A stretch of DNA of 15,237 bases, from positions 1 to 15,237 of the forward strand of contig JANOQV010000041.1 of assembly GCA_031414955.1 (NCBI GenBank), read 5' to 3'. The notes under the pieces were generated by a model, which worked only from the letters and a program-made list of their open reading frames with translations, was not told where the DNA came from and searched no databases. Below, in pieces: positions 8,237 to 15,237 of the stretch (position 1 is its first letter; each line of letters begins with the position of its first letter). The DNA comes from Pedosphaera sp. GTDB lineage: Bacteria; Verrucomicrobiota; Verrucomicrobiia; Limisphaerales; SIBH01. Made by a program: the position numbers and the translations under genes.

Positions 8237-9031
8237 GTGAAAATCTTATTCATCGGAGACGTCGTCGGTTCGCCGGGGCGCAAAGCCGTGCATGAGCTCA
8301 TCCCGGTGTTGCGCAAACGGCACGGGTTTCAGTTCGTGATCGCCAACGGGGAAAACTCCGCCGGCGGCTCCGGCATCACGCCCGCCACGGCCGGGGAGCT
8401 GTTCGGCGCGGGCGTCGATGCCATCACCAGCGGCGACCATTTGTGGGACCAGCGCGAGGTGTCCGATCTGCTCATGAACGAGCCGCGCTTCCTGCGCCCG
8501 CGCAATTATCCGCACGGCACGCCCGGCCACGGCGCGGCGGTCTTCGAGCGCCAGGGTTTGCCGCCCATCGCGGTGATGAATTTGCAGGGCCGCACTTTCA
8601 TGGCCGATCTGGAAAACCCCTTCGCCTTCGCCCAGGACGAGGTGGCGCGGCTGCGGCTGCGCACCAACATTATCTTCGTGGACATGCACGCCGAGGCGAC
8701 CTCGGAGAAAATCGCCCTGGCCCGGATGCTCGACGGTAAGGTTAGCGCCGTCATCGGCACGCACACTCACGTCCAGACGGCGGACGAGCAGATTTTCCCC
8801 GGGGGCACGGCTTTTCTCTGCGACGCCGGATTCACCGGACCGCACGAGAGCGTGCTGGGCCGCGACATTGAGCCGGTGATCAAGCGATTCCTGACCAACA
8901 CGCCCCAGCGCTTCACCGTGGCACGCGACCGCGTGCTGTTGCAGGGTGCCGTGGTGCAGATCAACGACGTGACCGGGCGGGCGGAGAGCATTGAGCGCGT
9001 GTCGGAGCCGTTGGGCAACCAGTCGGAGTGA
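8237..9031 (+). CDS. ymdB: YmdB-like metallophosphoesterase (TIGR00282 family)
   Basis: MKILFIGDVVG, ANGENSAGG, DMHAEATSEK, GTHTHVQTADE, DAGFTGP motifs. Confidence 0.93.
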   Translation: MKILFIGDVVGSPGRKAVHELIPVLRKRHGFQFVIANGENSAGGSGITPATAGELFGAGVDAITSGDHLWDQREVSDLLMNEPRFLRPRNYPHGTPGHGAAVFERQGLPPIAVMNLQGRTFMADLENPFAFAQDEVARLRLRTNIIFVDMHAEATSEKIALARMLDGKVSAVIGTHTHVQTADEQIFPGGTAFLCDAGFTGPHESVLGRDIEPVIKRFLTNTPQRFTVARDRVLLQGAVVQINDVTGRAESIERVSEPLGNQSE

Positions 9032-9040
9032 GGTATGCCG

Positions 9041-9177
9041 AAACGCCAAACACCAAACTTCAAACATCAGGGAAAAACCAAACACCAAGCCGTCAGTCCT
9101 TGGGCGCGCGCCACGACGACACTTGATGTTTGGAGCTTGGTGTTTATTTGGTGTTTGGAGCTTGGCGTTTGGTGTTT
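9041..9177. repeat. Heptamer-periodic (AAACACC-like) inverted repeat
   Basis: Left arm aaacgcc-aaacacc-aaacttc-aaacatc.. (9041-9090); right arm ..ggtgttt-ggagctt-ggcgttt-ggtgttt (9122-9177) is its approximate reverse complement. Confidence 0.85.
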
Positions 9178-9183
9178 TTGAAA

Positions 9184-10638
9184 ATGGCTTCCAAAACCAA
9201 ATCGCAATGGGACTTTGGCGGGGAACTTTTTCCCGCGCAGGAACTGCGGCGTGTTCTCTCCGTGTCCGAGGTCACGACCACCGTGCGCAAGTTGCTCGAA
9301 GAGCGCGTGGGCAGCGTTTTCGTCACCGGCGAAGTTTCGAACCTGCGCGCGCAAAGCTCCGGCCACATTTACTTCTCGCTCAAGGATGCCAGTTCCCAGA
9401 TCGCCTGTGTCTGCTTCCGTGATTCGGCGCGTGGTACGCGGGATTTGCTCGAGGACGGGCGCAAGGTCGTGCTGCAAGGCGACGTGACGGTCTATGAAGC
9501 GCGCGGCCAGTATCAGTTGCTCGTGCGCAGCGTGGAGTTGGAAGGACTCGGCGCGCTGCAAGTCGCCTTCGAGAAACTCAAGCAGCGCCTGGCCGCCGAA
9601 GGTCTCTTCGCTCCCGAGCGCAAACGCCCGATCCCGCCCTTCATTCACCGGCTCGGCCTCGTGACTTCCCCCACCGCCGCCGCCTTGCGCGACGTGCTGC
9701 ATGTCGTCGAGCGACGGCATCCCGGACTCGAAATCATCCTTGCCCCGTGCCGGGTGCAAGGCCAGGGAGCGGCCAATGAAATCGCCGCCGCCATCCGACT
9801 GCTCAACGAGTGGAATGACTTCAACGCGGAACGCGGAATTCGGAACGCGGAACTCGACGCCATCCTCATCACGCGCGGCGGCGGCAGTCTCGAAGACTTG
9901 TGGGCCTTCAATGAGGAAGTCGTGGCGCGGGCCATTTTCGAATCGCGCCTGCCCGTCGTCTCCGCCGTCGGGCACGAGATTGATTTCACCATCAGCGATT
10001 TCGTGGCCGACCTGCGCGCCGCCACGCCGAGCGCGGGCGCGGAGTTGCTGACCGAGGGCATGATGCGGCGGCGCGAATGGGTGGCTGAGGCGGCGGCCCA
10101 CCTGCTCGAACTCACGCACGACCGGTTGCATGACGAACGTGGACGCTGGGAGCAACTCGCCGCCCGCCTCGACCGCACTCATCCTCGCCGCTTGCTCAAC
10201 GAGCGGTGGCAGCGGCTGGATGAACTGCACGTCTCGCTCTCCCGCGATACGAAGAAACAATTGCGCCGGCACGAGACCGCGCTGGTCAGCCATGTTCAGC
10301 GCCTCGCCCGGGTGAAACCGTCGCGGACTCTGCCTTTGCACCGCCAGGCTTTCGGCGAGTTGTGGCGTCGTTTCCAGGAAGCGGCTCGTCACGCGCTCGA
10401 CCAGCCCCGCCAGCGGTGCCGCGTCGCCGACACCCGGCTGCGCCTGCTCTCGCCGGAGAAAGTTTTGGAGCGCGGGTTTTCAATCACGCAGGACGCCGGG
10501 ACGGGTGCGGTGATTCGCTCCGCGCAACAAGTCAGCCCCGGACAGAAGCTGGTCACCAAACTGGCCAAAGGCGAAGTGGCGAGCGTCGCCAGCGAACCCG
10601 CCGCCTCCAAGCGCAAGCCGGCCAAGAATCGAAGCTGA
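9184..10638 (+). CDS. xseA: Exodeoxyribonuclease VII large subunit
   Basis: GEVSN..SGHIYFSLKD OB-fold, VTSPTAAALRD, RGGGSLEDLWAFNEE, SAVGHEIDFTISDFVADLRAATPSA, LSP..LERGF. Start ATG 9184; the ORF-track extension is repeat sequence. Confidence 0.97.
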   Translation: MASKTKSQWDFGGELFPAQELRRVLSVSEVTTTVRKLLEERVGSVFVTGEVSNLRAQSSGHIYFSLKDASSQIACVCFRDSARGTRDLLEDGRKVVLQGDVTVYEARGQYQLLVRSVELEGLGALQVAFEKLKQRLAAEGLFAPERKRPIPPFIHRLGLVTSPTAAALRDVLHVVERRHPGLEIILAPCRVQGQGAANEIAAAIRLLNEWNDFNAERGIRNAELDAILITRGGGSLEDLWAFNEEVVARAIFESRLPVVSAVGHEIDFTISDFVADLRAATPSAGAELLTEGMMRRREWVAEAAAHLLELTHDRLHDERGRWEQLAARLDRTHPRRLLNERWQRLDELHVSLSRDTKKQLRRHETALVSHVQRLARVKPSRTLPLHRQAFGELWRRFQEAARHALDQPRQRCRVADTRLRLLSPEKVLERGFSITQDAGTGAVIRSAQQVSPGQKLVTKLAKGEVASVASEPAASKRKPAKNRS

Positions 10639-10639
10639 A

Positions 10640-10745
10640 GGAGCGCGGGCTTTCCAGCCCGCAGCAATCGCCGCCGACGGAAGGTGCAATCGGAAAGGGG
10701 AACCTCCGCATACAACACCGCTGCGGGCTGGAAAGCCCGCGCTCC
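10640..10745. repeat. REP doublet (REPIN-like), GGAG-type, same family as 3744-3855
   Basis: ggagcgcgggctttccagcccgcagc (10640-10665) and its exact reverse complement gctgcgggctggaaagcccgcgctcc (10720-10745). Confidence 0.9.
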
Positions 10746-10807
10746 GGTCTCACTCGCGGCAGGATTCCCCATTGAAGCCCTCACCGGGCGCGTGGCAGTT
10801 TCATCCC

Positions 10808-12250
10808 GTGATTCACTCAACCCGACTCTCCCAAGTCCTGTGCTTGCTTACTGCGGCGGCGGCACTGGCCCTGTTCGGCTGCCAGTCCCATCGCCCGCCG
10901 CAAGCCACCACCACCCGATCGCCGAACGTCGTCATCATCTTCTGCGACGACATGGCCTACGCCGACATCTCACCCTTCGGCGGTAAGATCGCGACGCCAA
11001 ACCTGGCGCGACTCGCCCAGGAGGGCGTGCGCTTCACCGACTTCTACGTACCGCAAGCCGTGTGCTCCGCGTCGCGCGCGGCGTTGCTGACCGGTTGTTA
11101 TCCGAATCGCGTCGGCATCTTCGGCGCGCTGGGACCGCGCTCGAAGACCGGGATCAATTCCAACGAAGTCACACTGGCGGAAACGCTGAAAGCACGCGGC
11201 TATGCCACCGCCATTTACGGCAAGTGGCACCTTGGAGACGCGCCGTCATTCCTCCCCACCCGCCACGGCTTCGACGAATGGTTCGGCCTCCCCTACTCCA
11301 ACGACATGTGGCCCTTTCACCCCACCTCGGGGACGAACTATCCGCCGCTGCCGCTCTTCGAGAACGAGAAGATTGTGCAACTGATGCCGGATCAGACCCA
11401 GCTCACGAGTTGGTACACCGAGCGCGCGGTGAAGTTTATCGAGCGGAACAAGGAGCGGCCCTTCTTCCTCTACCTGCCGCACAACATGCCGCATGTGCCG
11501 CTGCATGTGAGCGCGAAGTTTGCCGGCAAGTCCGGCCAGGGAATGTACGGCGACGTCATCAGCGAACTCGACTGGTCGGTCGGGGAAATCCTGCGCACGC
11601 TCAAACGTCAAGGTCTCGATGAAAACACCCTGGTGGTTTTCACCTCCGACAACGGCCCCTGGTTGCTCTACGGCGATCACTCGGGCAATGCGCACCCCTT
11701 GCGCGAAGGCAAGGCCACCTCCTTCGATGGCGGCGTGCGCGTCCCGTGCCTCATGCGCTGGCCGGGAAAAATTCCGGCCGGCTCCGAGTGCCGCGAGATG
11801 GCCTGGACCATGGACTTGCTGCCGACGATTGCGAAGCTCGCCGGCAACACCGCGCCCACCGACCGCATCATCGACGGGCGCGACATCTGGCCGCTCATGT
11901 CCGGCCAGCCCGGCGCGAAAACACCGCACGAGGCGTTCTATTATTACTGGGACCGCGGACTGGAAGCCGTGCGTTCCGGCCCGTGGAAGCTGCACCTCGG
12001 CCACGAGTACGTGAAGCCCACCCCGCCCGGCGGCGGCGGCCGGCCCGGCAAATACTCCCGACCTAAAATCGGCGGGGAACTTTTCGACCTGGTGAGCGAT
12101 GCGCGGGAAACGAACAACCTCGCCGCCCAGTTCCCTGAGGTCGTGGCCCGGCTGCAATCCATCGCGGAAGAGGCGCGCGTGGATCTGGGCGATTCGCTCA
12201 CCAAGCGCCCAGGTCAGAACCTGCGTCCCGGAGGTTCACTGCCGCGGTAA
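10808..12250 (+). CDS. Arylsulfatase (family S1, Cys-type), probable lipoprotein
   Basis: PNVVIIFCDD, CSASRAALLTG (CxxxR formylglycine motif), GKWHLG, FTSDNGP; lipobox LFG-C. Start GTG 10808 preferred over TTG 10772. Confidence 0.93.
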   Translation: MIHSTRLSQVLCLLTAAAALALFGCQSHRPPQATTTRSPNVVIIFCDDMAYADISPFGGKIATPNLARLAQEGVRFTDFYVPQAVCSASRAALLTGCYPNRVGIFGALGPRSKTGINSNEVTLAETLKARGYATAIYGKWHLGDAPSFLPTRHGFDEWFGLPYSNDMWPFHPTSGTNYPPLPLFENEKIVQLMPDQTQLTSWYTERAVKFIERNKERPFFLYLPHNMPHVPLHVSAKFAGKSGQGMYGDVISELDWSVGEILRTLKRQGLDENTLVVFTSDNGPWLLYGDHSGNAHPLREGKATSFDGGVRVPCLMRWPGKIPAGSECREMAWTMDLLPTIAKLAGNTAPTDRIIDGRDIWPLMSGQPGAKTPHEAFYYYWDRGLEAVRSGPWKLHLGHEYVKPTPPGGGGRPGKYSRPKIGGELFDLVSDARETNNLAAQFPEVVARLQSIAEEARVDLGDSLTKRPGQNLRPGGSLPR

Positions 12251-12651
12251 GTTGCCGGCACCGCCCCGTCGCGCCCACGTTGCTGCGCTTTGATGGACGG
12301 CGTGAACGTCCGCCCCACGGCCTCCGCTTCCTCCGCCTCGTGTGTCTTGGCTGGACGAAGATACGGAGCCGGAGAATCCAGGCCAGTTCCGGCACGCAGT
12401 TCATCGCGACCGGGCGGGCTTGGTGCCCACGCCCCCCTCTGGCGTTGGGAGATTTTACAGTGTGTGGAATCCGTGACGAATCAGAGAAAGGCGTACGTGT
12501 CGAGCAGTAGCTTGCCTGACTTGTCGCCACGACGATGACGAAAGCGACTCGGAAGGCTGTCCTAGTTACGAAGGCGATTTTGATTCGTCCGGCGGCGGCG
12601 ACCGAAGTGCTGGCGGCGGAATCTAACCCCTCTGCCATGCGACCGATTCAC

Positions 12652-12686
12652 GGAGCTGCATCGAAAGGTGCGGCTCCTTTTCCTTT
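12652..12686 (+). terminator. Rho-independent terminator
   Basis: GGAGCTGCATC-GAAA-GGTGCGGCTCC, an 11-bp stem with two G-U pairs, followed by TTTTCCTTT. Confidence 0.8.
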
Positions 12687-12689
12687 ACG

Positions 12690-12812
12690 TCACTTCACCG
12701 CCGCCAATTCCGCCCCGATCAGTTCCCTAGTCTTGGCCTTCGCGTCAGCAAGTTGCACTTCGCCCTTGTCGAGCTTGGCGAGGAAGCCCTTGTTGGCCAC
12801 GCTGGCTTTGCG
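12690..12812 (-). repeat. Gene-tail fragment R1 (start-less C-terminal coding segment)
   Basis: Reads RKASVANKGFLAKLDKGEVQLADAKAKTRELIGAELAAVK-stop. Homologous to 14706-14846 with an 18-nt in-frame deletion. No start codon between it and the HEPN stop. Confidence 0.85.
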
Positions 12813-12826
12813 GCGTTCCTGCGTGG

Positions 12827-13239
12827 TTACGGCCGAACATCTGGCGGCAGCAGAGCGAGGACGAAGTCCTAAATGGCCTGGGCGTGCTGCAACGCCTCGT
12901 CGAATTCCTCACGCGTGGGGTAGGTCTCGGTCAAGTCGTCGGGGTAGCGAAATTCCCAGGCGTAGGGCGTCAACGCCGCGGCGGGCGTGCCAGTTGATCG
13001 AAGCGCGGTTCGAGCGCGGAAGCTTCGACCGCCAGCCGGCGGATGTCGTGCGTCTTGGCGGGAGTAAGGCCCCTGAACACCAGAAAGGCCTTCACCGACT
13101 TTTCTCCCGCCTGCTGGCAGTGATAGATCGCCAAATCCAACGGACCTTCCGGGTCGGTGCTCAGAATCCGCGCGCCCTTTAGATCATGTGCCGCTTTGAT
13201 GAGCCACGAATGGAGGAGTTCCTGGCGGGCCTCATCCAT
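12827..13239 (-). pseudogene. HEPN domain protein, disrupted
   Basis: YHCQQAGEKSVKA..KTHD..EFRYP motifs. Versus the copy at 14861-15237 it has a 1-nt deletion at about 12986-12990 and a TAC-to-TAG nonsense codon at 12869-12871. Original stop TAA at 12827-12829. Confidence 0.88.
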
Positions 13240-13552
13240 AGAGTTTGCGCCCCCGGCTCAGCACCTCATGCGTCAGACTGCCGCGCACCTCCCGCACCCG
13301 GTTGACTTCGCCGCGCGTGCGCACCAGCACGTCGGCGGAAACTGGCAGCCGCCCGAGGCAATGCTGCGCGCGCTGGTCGCGACGGATGGGGCGTTCGTCG
13401 CTCTGCGCGAGAATGACCATCAAGTCCAGGTCGCTCTCCTCGCCGGGGTTTCCCCACGCCTGGGAACCGAACAGCCAGATTTGCTCCGGCTGAAACTCCG
13501 CCACGAGCCGCTGCTTGACGGTTTCCAGAAGTTCGGTGTTGAGCGTGTTCAC
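13232..13552 (-). CDS. Minimal nucleotidyltransferase (MNT) of an MNT-HEPN pair
   Basis: LFGSQAWGNPGEESDLDL fits GS-x10-DxD. Overlaps the HEPN start by 8 nt. GTG start at 13552. Confidence 0.9.
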   Translation of the reverse strand: MNTLNTELLETVKQRLVAEFQPEQIWLFGSQAWGNPGEESDLDLMVILAQSDERPIRRDQRAQHCLGRLPVSADVLVRTRGEVNRVREVRGSLTHEVLSRGRKLYG

Positions 13553-13559
13553 GGAATGG

Positions 13560-13588
13560 AACCTAGCGATCACATGACCCGCAAACAA
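13560..13588 (-). promoter_or_regulatory. Putative sigma70 promoter for MNT-HEPN (leaderless)
   Basis: TTGTTT-17 nt-TAGGTT, 7 nt before GTG 13552. Confidence 0.45.
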
Positions 13589-13634
13589 GCTCCGTTCGGA
13601 TGCTGTTCCCGTCCCGATGACACGCCGTGGGAAA

Positions 13635-13790
13635 TTAGCCGGGGGCGAGAACGCGACAGCGTGCGTGGCCCCCGGGCTTCGGAGACGGCGGCGGACTGGC
13701 GGCCAGCGACTCCACCAGTTGCAGCAACGCGGCCTGCGTCGGCTCCAGCAGAACCCGCGCCTTCTCGAACAGTTTTTCCGCTGTGCTCAT
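13635..13790 (-). pseudogene. DUF2281-like antitoxin, probably truncated; no cognate toxin follows
   Basis: 51-aa ORF below the track cutoff: MSTAEKLFEKARVLLEPTQAALLQLVESLAASPPPSPKPGGHARCRVLAPG. The N-terminal half resembles DUF2281 antitoxins; the usual acidic DFD..L tail is missing. Confidence 0.55.
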
Positions 13791-13796
13791 GGGGAA

Positions 13797-13824
13797 ATAG
13801 TATCGCGATGAAAGCTGGTTTCAA
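13797..13824 (-). promoter_or_regulatory. Putative sigma70 promoter for the 13790 ORF (leaderless)
   Basis: TTGAAA-16 nt-TACTAT, 6 nt before ATG 13790. Confidence 0.55.
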
Positions 13825-13950
13825 GGCTGCTGAAGGGCGTTTTTGAGTTCTGACGTCGCAACGGACAGAGGGGAATATCGACGCTGAAGTCGGGTGGTTG
13901 AGCGGCGTTGGTATCTCTGGATGATGCGCCTGCGATTCACGCCACTTGGC

Positions 13951-14658
13951 CTACTGACTGGGCAGCGGGAAATTCATCGAGATGGACCCCTTGGGTTGGA
14001 AAACAACTCGGAGGTCGGTTCCCTGCGCGTGCGCCTTGGTGGCCGCTGCTCGCTCAATTGCGCCGTGAACCAAGTGGCGAGACGGGCCGTAAATGTATAA
14101 ACGATCGAGATTCCGACTGCTGTCCAAAAGTCCAACCACCTCAGCTGTTGTCAGGCGATCAGCTGAAAAACTTATGTATCTGAGAGTGTCGGTCTGGACG
14201 AGCTTGAGTAGCCCGTTGACGGTGATGTTGCTGCAGCTTGCGACGTTGACGCCCCACGGCTGCATTCGTGCAGCGATCAGTTCCAAGCCGGCATCGGTGA
14301 TGGATGTGCCCTCCAATCCCAGATCGTGCATCGAAGGAATTCGGGCCAAAGACTCGATCCCCTGGTCAGTGATGCGGGATGATCCATTAAGGCTGGCGCA
14401 AAAAAGATTCGTGAGACCTACCCGACCGAGCGCCTCCATTTTCTCGTCGGTCGCTGTGCGATACCAGAACTGAACCTCTCGCAGTTTATGAAACTTCTTA
14501 AGGTCGGGATAATCCTTCAGCGGGAGGTAATCGAGAATCAGGTGTGTATTGTTCCGAGAGGTCCACGCGATACCCCAACGCGACCCTGGCGACGGTGGAG
14601 GGCTGCCGCAACCGGCGACGAACAAGGCCAGCAGCACAACAATGACGAGAACGCGCAT
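13951..14658 (-). CDS. Leucine-rich-repeat lipoprotein
   Basis: Lipobox VAG-C after a hydrophobic signal; repeats LNGSSRITDQGIESL, LEGTSITDAGLELI, VASCSNITVNGLLKL. Confidence 0.8.
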   Translation of the reverse strand: MRVLVIVVLLALFVAGCGSPPPSPGSRWGIAWTSRNNTHLILDYLPLKDYPDLKKFHKLREVQFWYRTATDEKMEALGRVGLTNLFCASLNGSSRITDQGIESLARIPSMHDLGLEGTSITDAGLELIAARMQPWGVNVASCSNITVNGLLKLVQTDTLRYISFSADRLTTAEVVGLLDSSRNLDRLYIYGPSRHLVHGAIERAAATKAHAQGTDLRVVFQPKGSISMNFPLPSQ

Positions 14659-14705
14659 AAGCCGCCGAACGCTTTAGTGGAGCGCCCACTCTCCAACTCG
14701 GATTC

Positions 14706-14846
14706 TCACTTCACCGCTGCCAGTTCCGCCCCGATCATTTCCTTCGTCTTCGCCTTCGCATCGGCGAGCTGCACTTCGCCCTTGTCGAGCTTGGCGAGGA
14801 AGGCCTTCTGCGCGAGGCAGTCCTTGTTGGCCACGCCGGCTTTGCG
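14706..14846 (-). repeat. Gene-tail fragment R2
   Basis: Reads RKAGVANKDCLAQKAFLAKLDKGEVQLADAKAKTKEMIGAELAAVK-stop; begins 14 nt after the HEPN stop, as R1 does. An in-frame GTG at 14855 could give a 49-aa ORF. Confidence 0.85.
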
Positions 14847-14860
14847 ACACGTCACCCAGC

Positions 14861-15237
14861 TTATGGCCGCACTCCGGTCGGCAGCAAAGCGATCACAAAG
14901 TCGTAGATCGCTTGAGCGTGTTGAACCGCTTCGTCGAATTCGGCGCGCGTCGGGTAGGTTTCCGACAAGTCGTCGGGATAGCGAAATTCCCAGGCGTAAG
15001 GAGTCAACGCGGCGGCGGGAGAGATCAGTTCGTCAAAGCGGCGATCCAGTGCGGATGCTTCCACCGCCAGCCTTCGGATGTCGTGCGTCTTGGCGGGAGT
15101 GATCCCCTTGAAAACCAGAAAAGCTTTCACCGCCTTTTCGCCCGTTTGCTGGCAATGATAAATCGCCATGTCAAGCGGACCGTCAGGGTCGGCACCGAGA
15201 ATGCGCGCGCCCTTGAGATCGTTCGCGGCCTTGGTCA
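14861..15237 (-). CDS. HEPN domain protein, intact over the visible part (start lies beyond the right edge)
   Basis: Frame is open from the window edge: TKAANDLKGARILG..YHCQQTGEKAVKA..KTHD..EFRYP..VRP-stop. About 82% identical (22 differences in 124 aa, hand count) to the disrupted copy. Confidence 0.9.
   Translation of the reverse strand, partial: TKAANDLKGARILGADPDGPLDMAIYHCQQTGEKAVKAFLVFKGITPAKTHDIRRLAVEASALDRRFDELISPAAALTPYAWEFRYPDDLSETYPTRAEFDEAVQHAQAIYDFVIALLPTGVRP

Noticed and set aside
10639..10807. xseB expected after xseA
   Set aside because: The gap holds a REP doublet and no XseB-like ORF; unlinked xseA and xseB are common.
2667..12157. Long antisense or alternative-frame ORFs (2667-3779, 3859-4524, 4729-6276, 6975-7871, 8246-9088, 9067-10392, 11246-12157)
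   Set aside because: Shadows of well-supported genes, expected in high-GC DNA; no recognisable motifs.
12198..12651. ORFs between the sulfatase and the terminator (12198-12638 minus; 12280-12510 and 12290-12538 plus; a short CLTCRH..acidic/Gly frame ending 12626)
   Set aside because: No coherent frame or recognisable domain. It may be a decayed small plus-strand gene, but I cannot support a call.
12535..15102. Similar plus-strand ORFs 12535-13182 and 14488-15102
   Set aside because: Their similarity is just the antisense of the duplicated HEPN plus tail; substitutions are synonymous in the minus-strand frame.

Overview
GC-rich bacterial window, most consistent with Verrucomicrobiota/PVC (inferred from the TIGR03067-like and LRR lipoproteins, the sulfatase and the repeat types). 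The housekeeping core (about 2.7-12.3 kb) holds an MBL-fold exonuclease, a SMUG1-type uracil-DNA glycosylase, an ABC-F ATPase, a PfkB kinase, a YmdB-like phosphodiesterase, xseA and an arylsulfatase; most of its intergenic gaps carry a REP-like inverted repeat, from four visibly different families. Two accessory patches flank the core. Left: two different HNH nuclease genes beside the uvrA start, and a lipoprotein gene bracketed by a 43-bp direct repeat. Right (12.65-15.24 kb): a tandem structure in which a HEPN gene is twice followed, 14 bp later, by what looks like a detached 3' end of an unidentified gene (...IGAELAAVK-stop). The two fragments differ mostly at synonymous sites, and the cargo between them is an MNT, a DUF2281-like antitoxin remnant and an LRR lipoprotein with an attC-like half site. 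This possible gene-tail-anchored cassette array is the most unusual feature. All calls come from reading motifs by eye; no searches were run.
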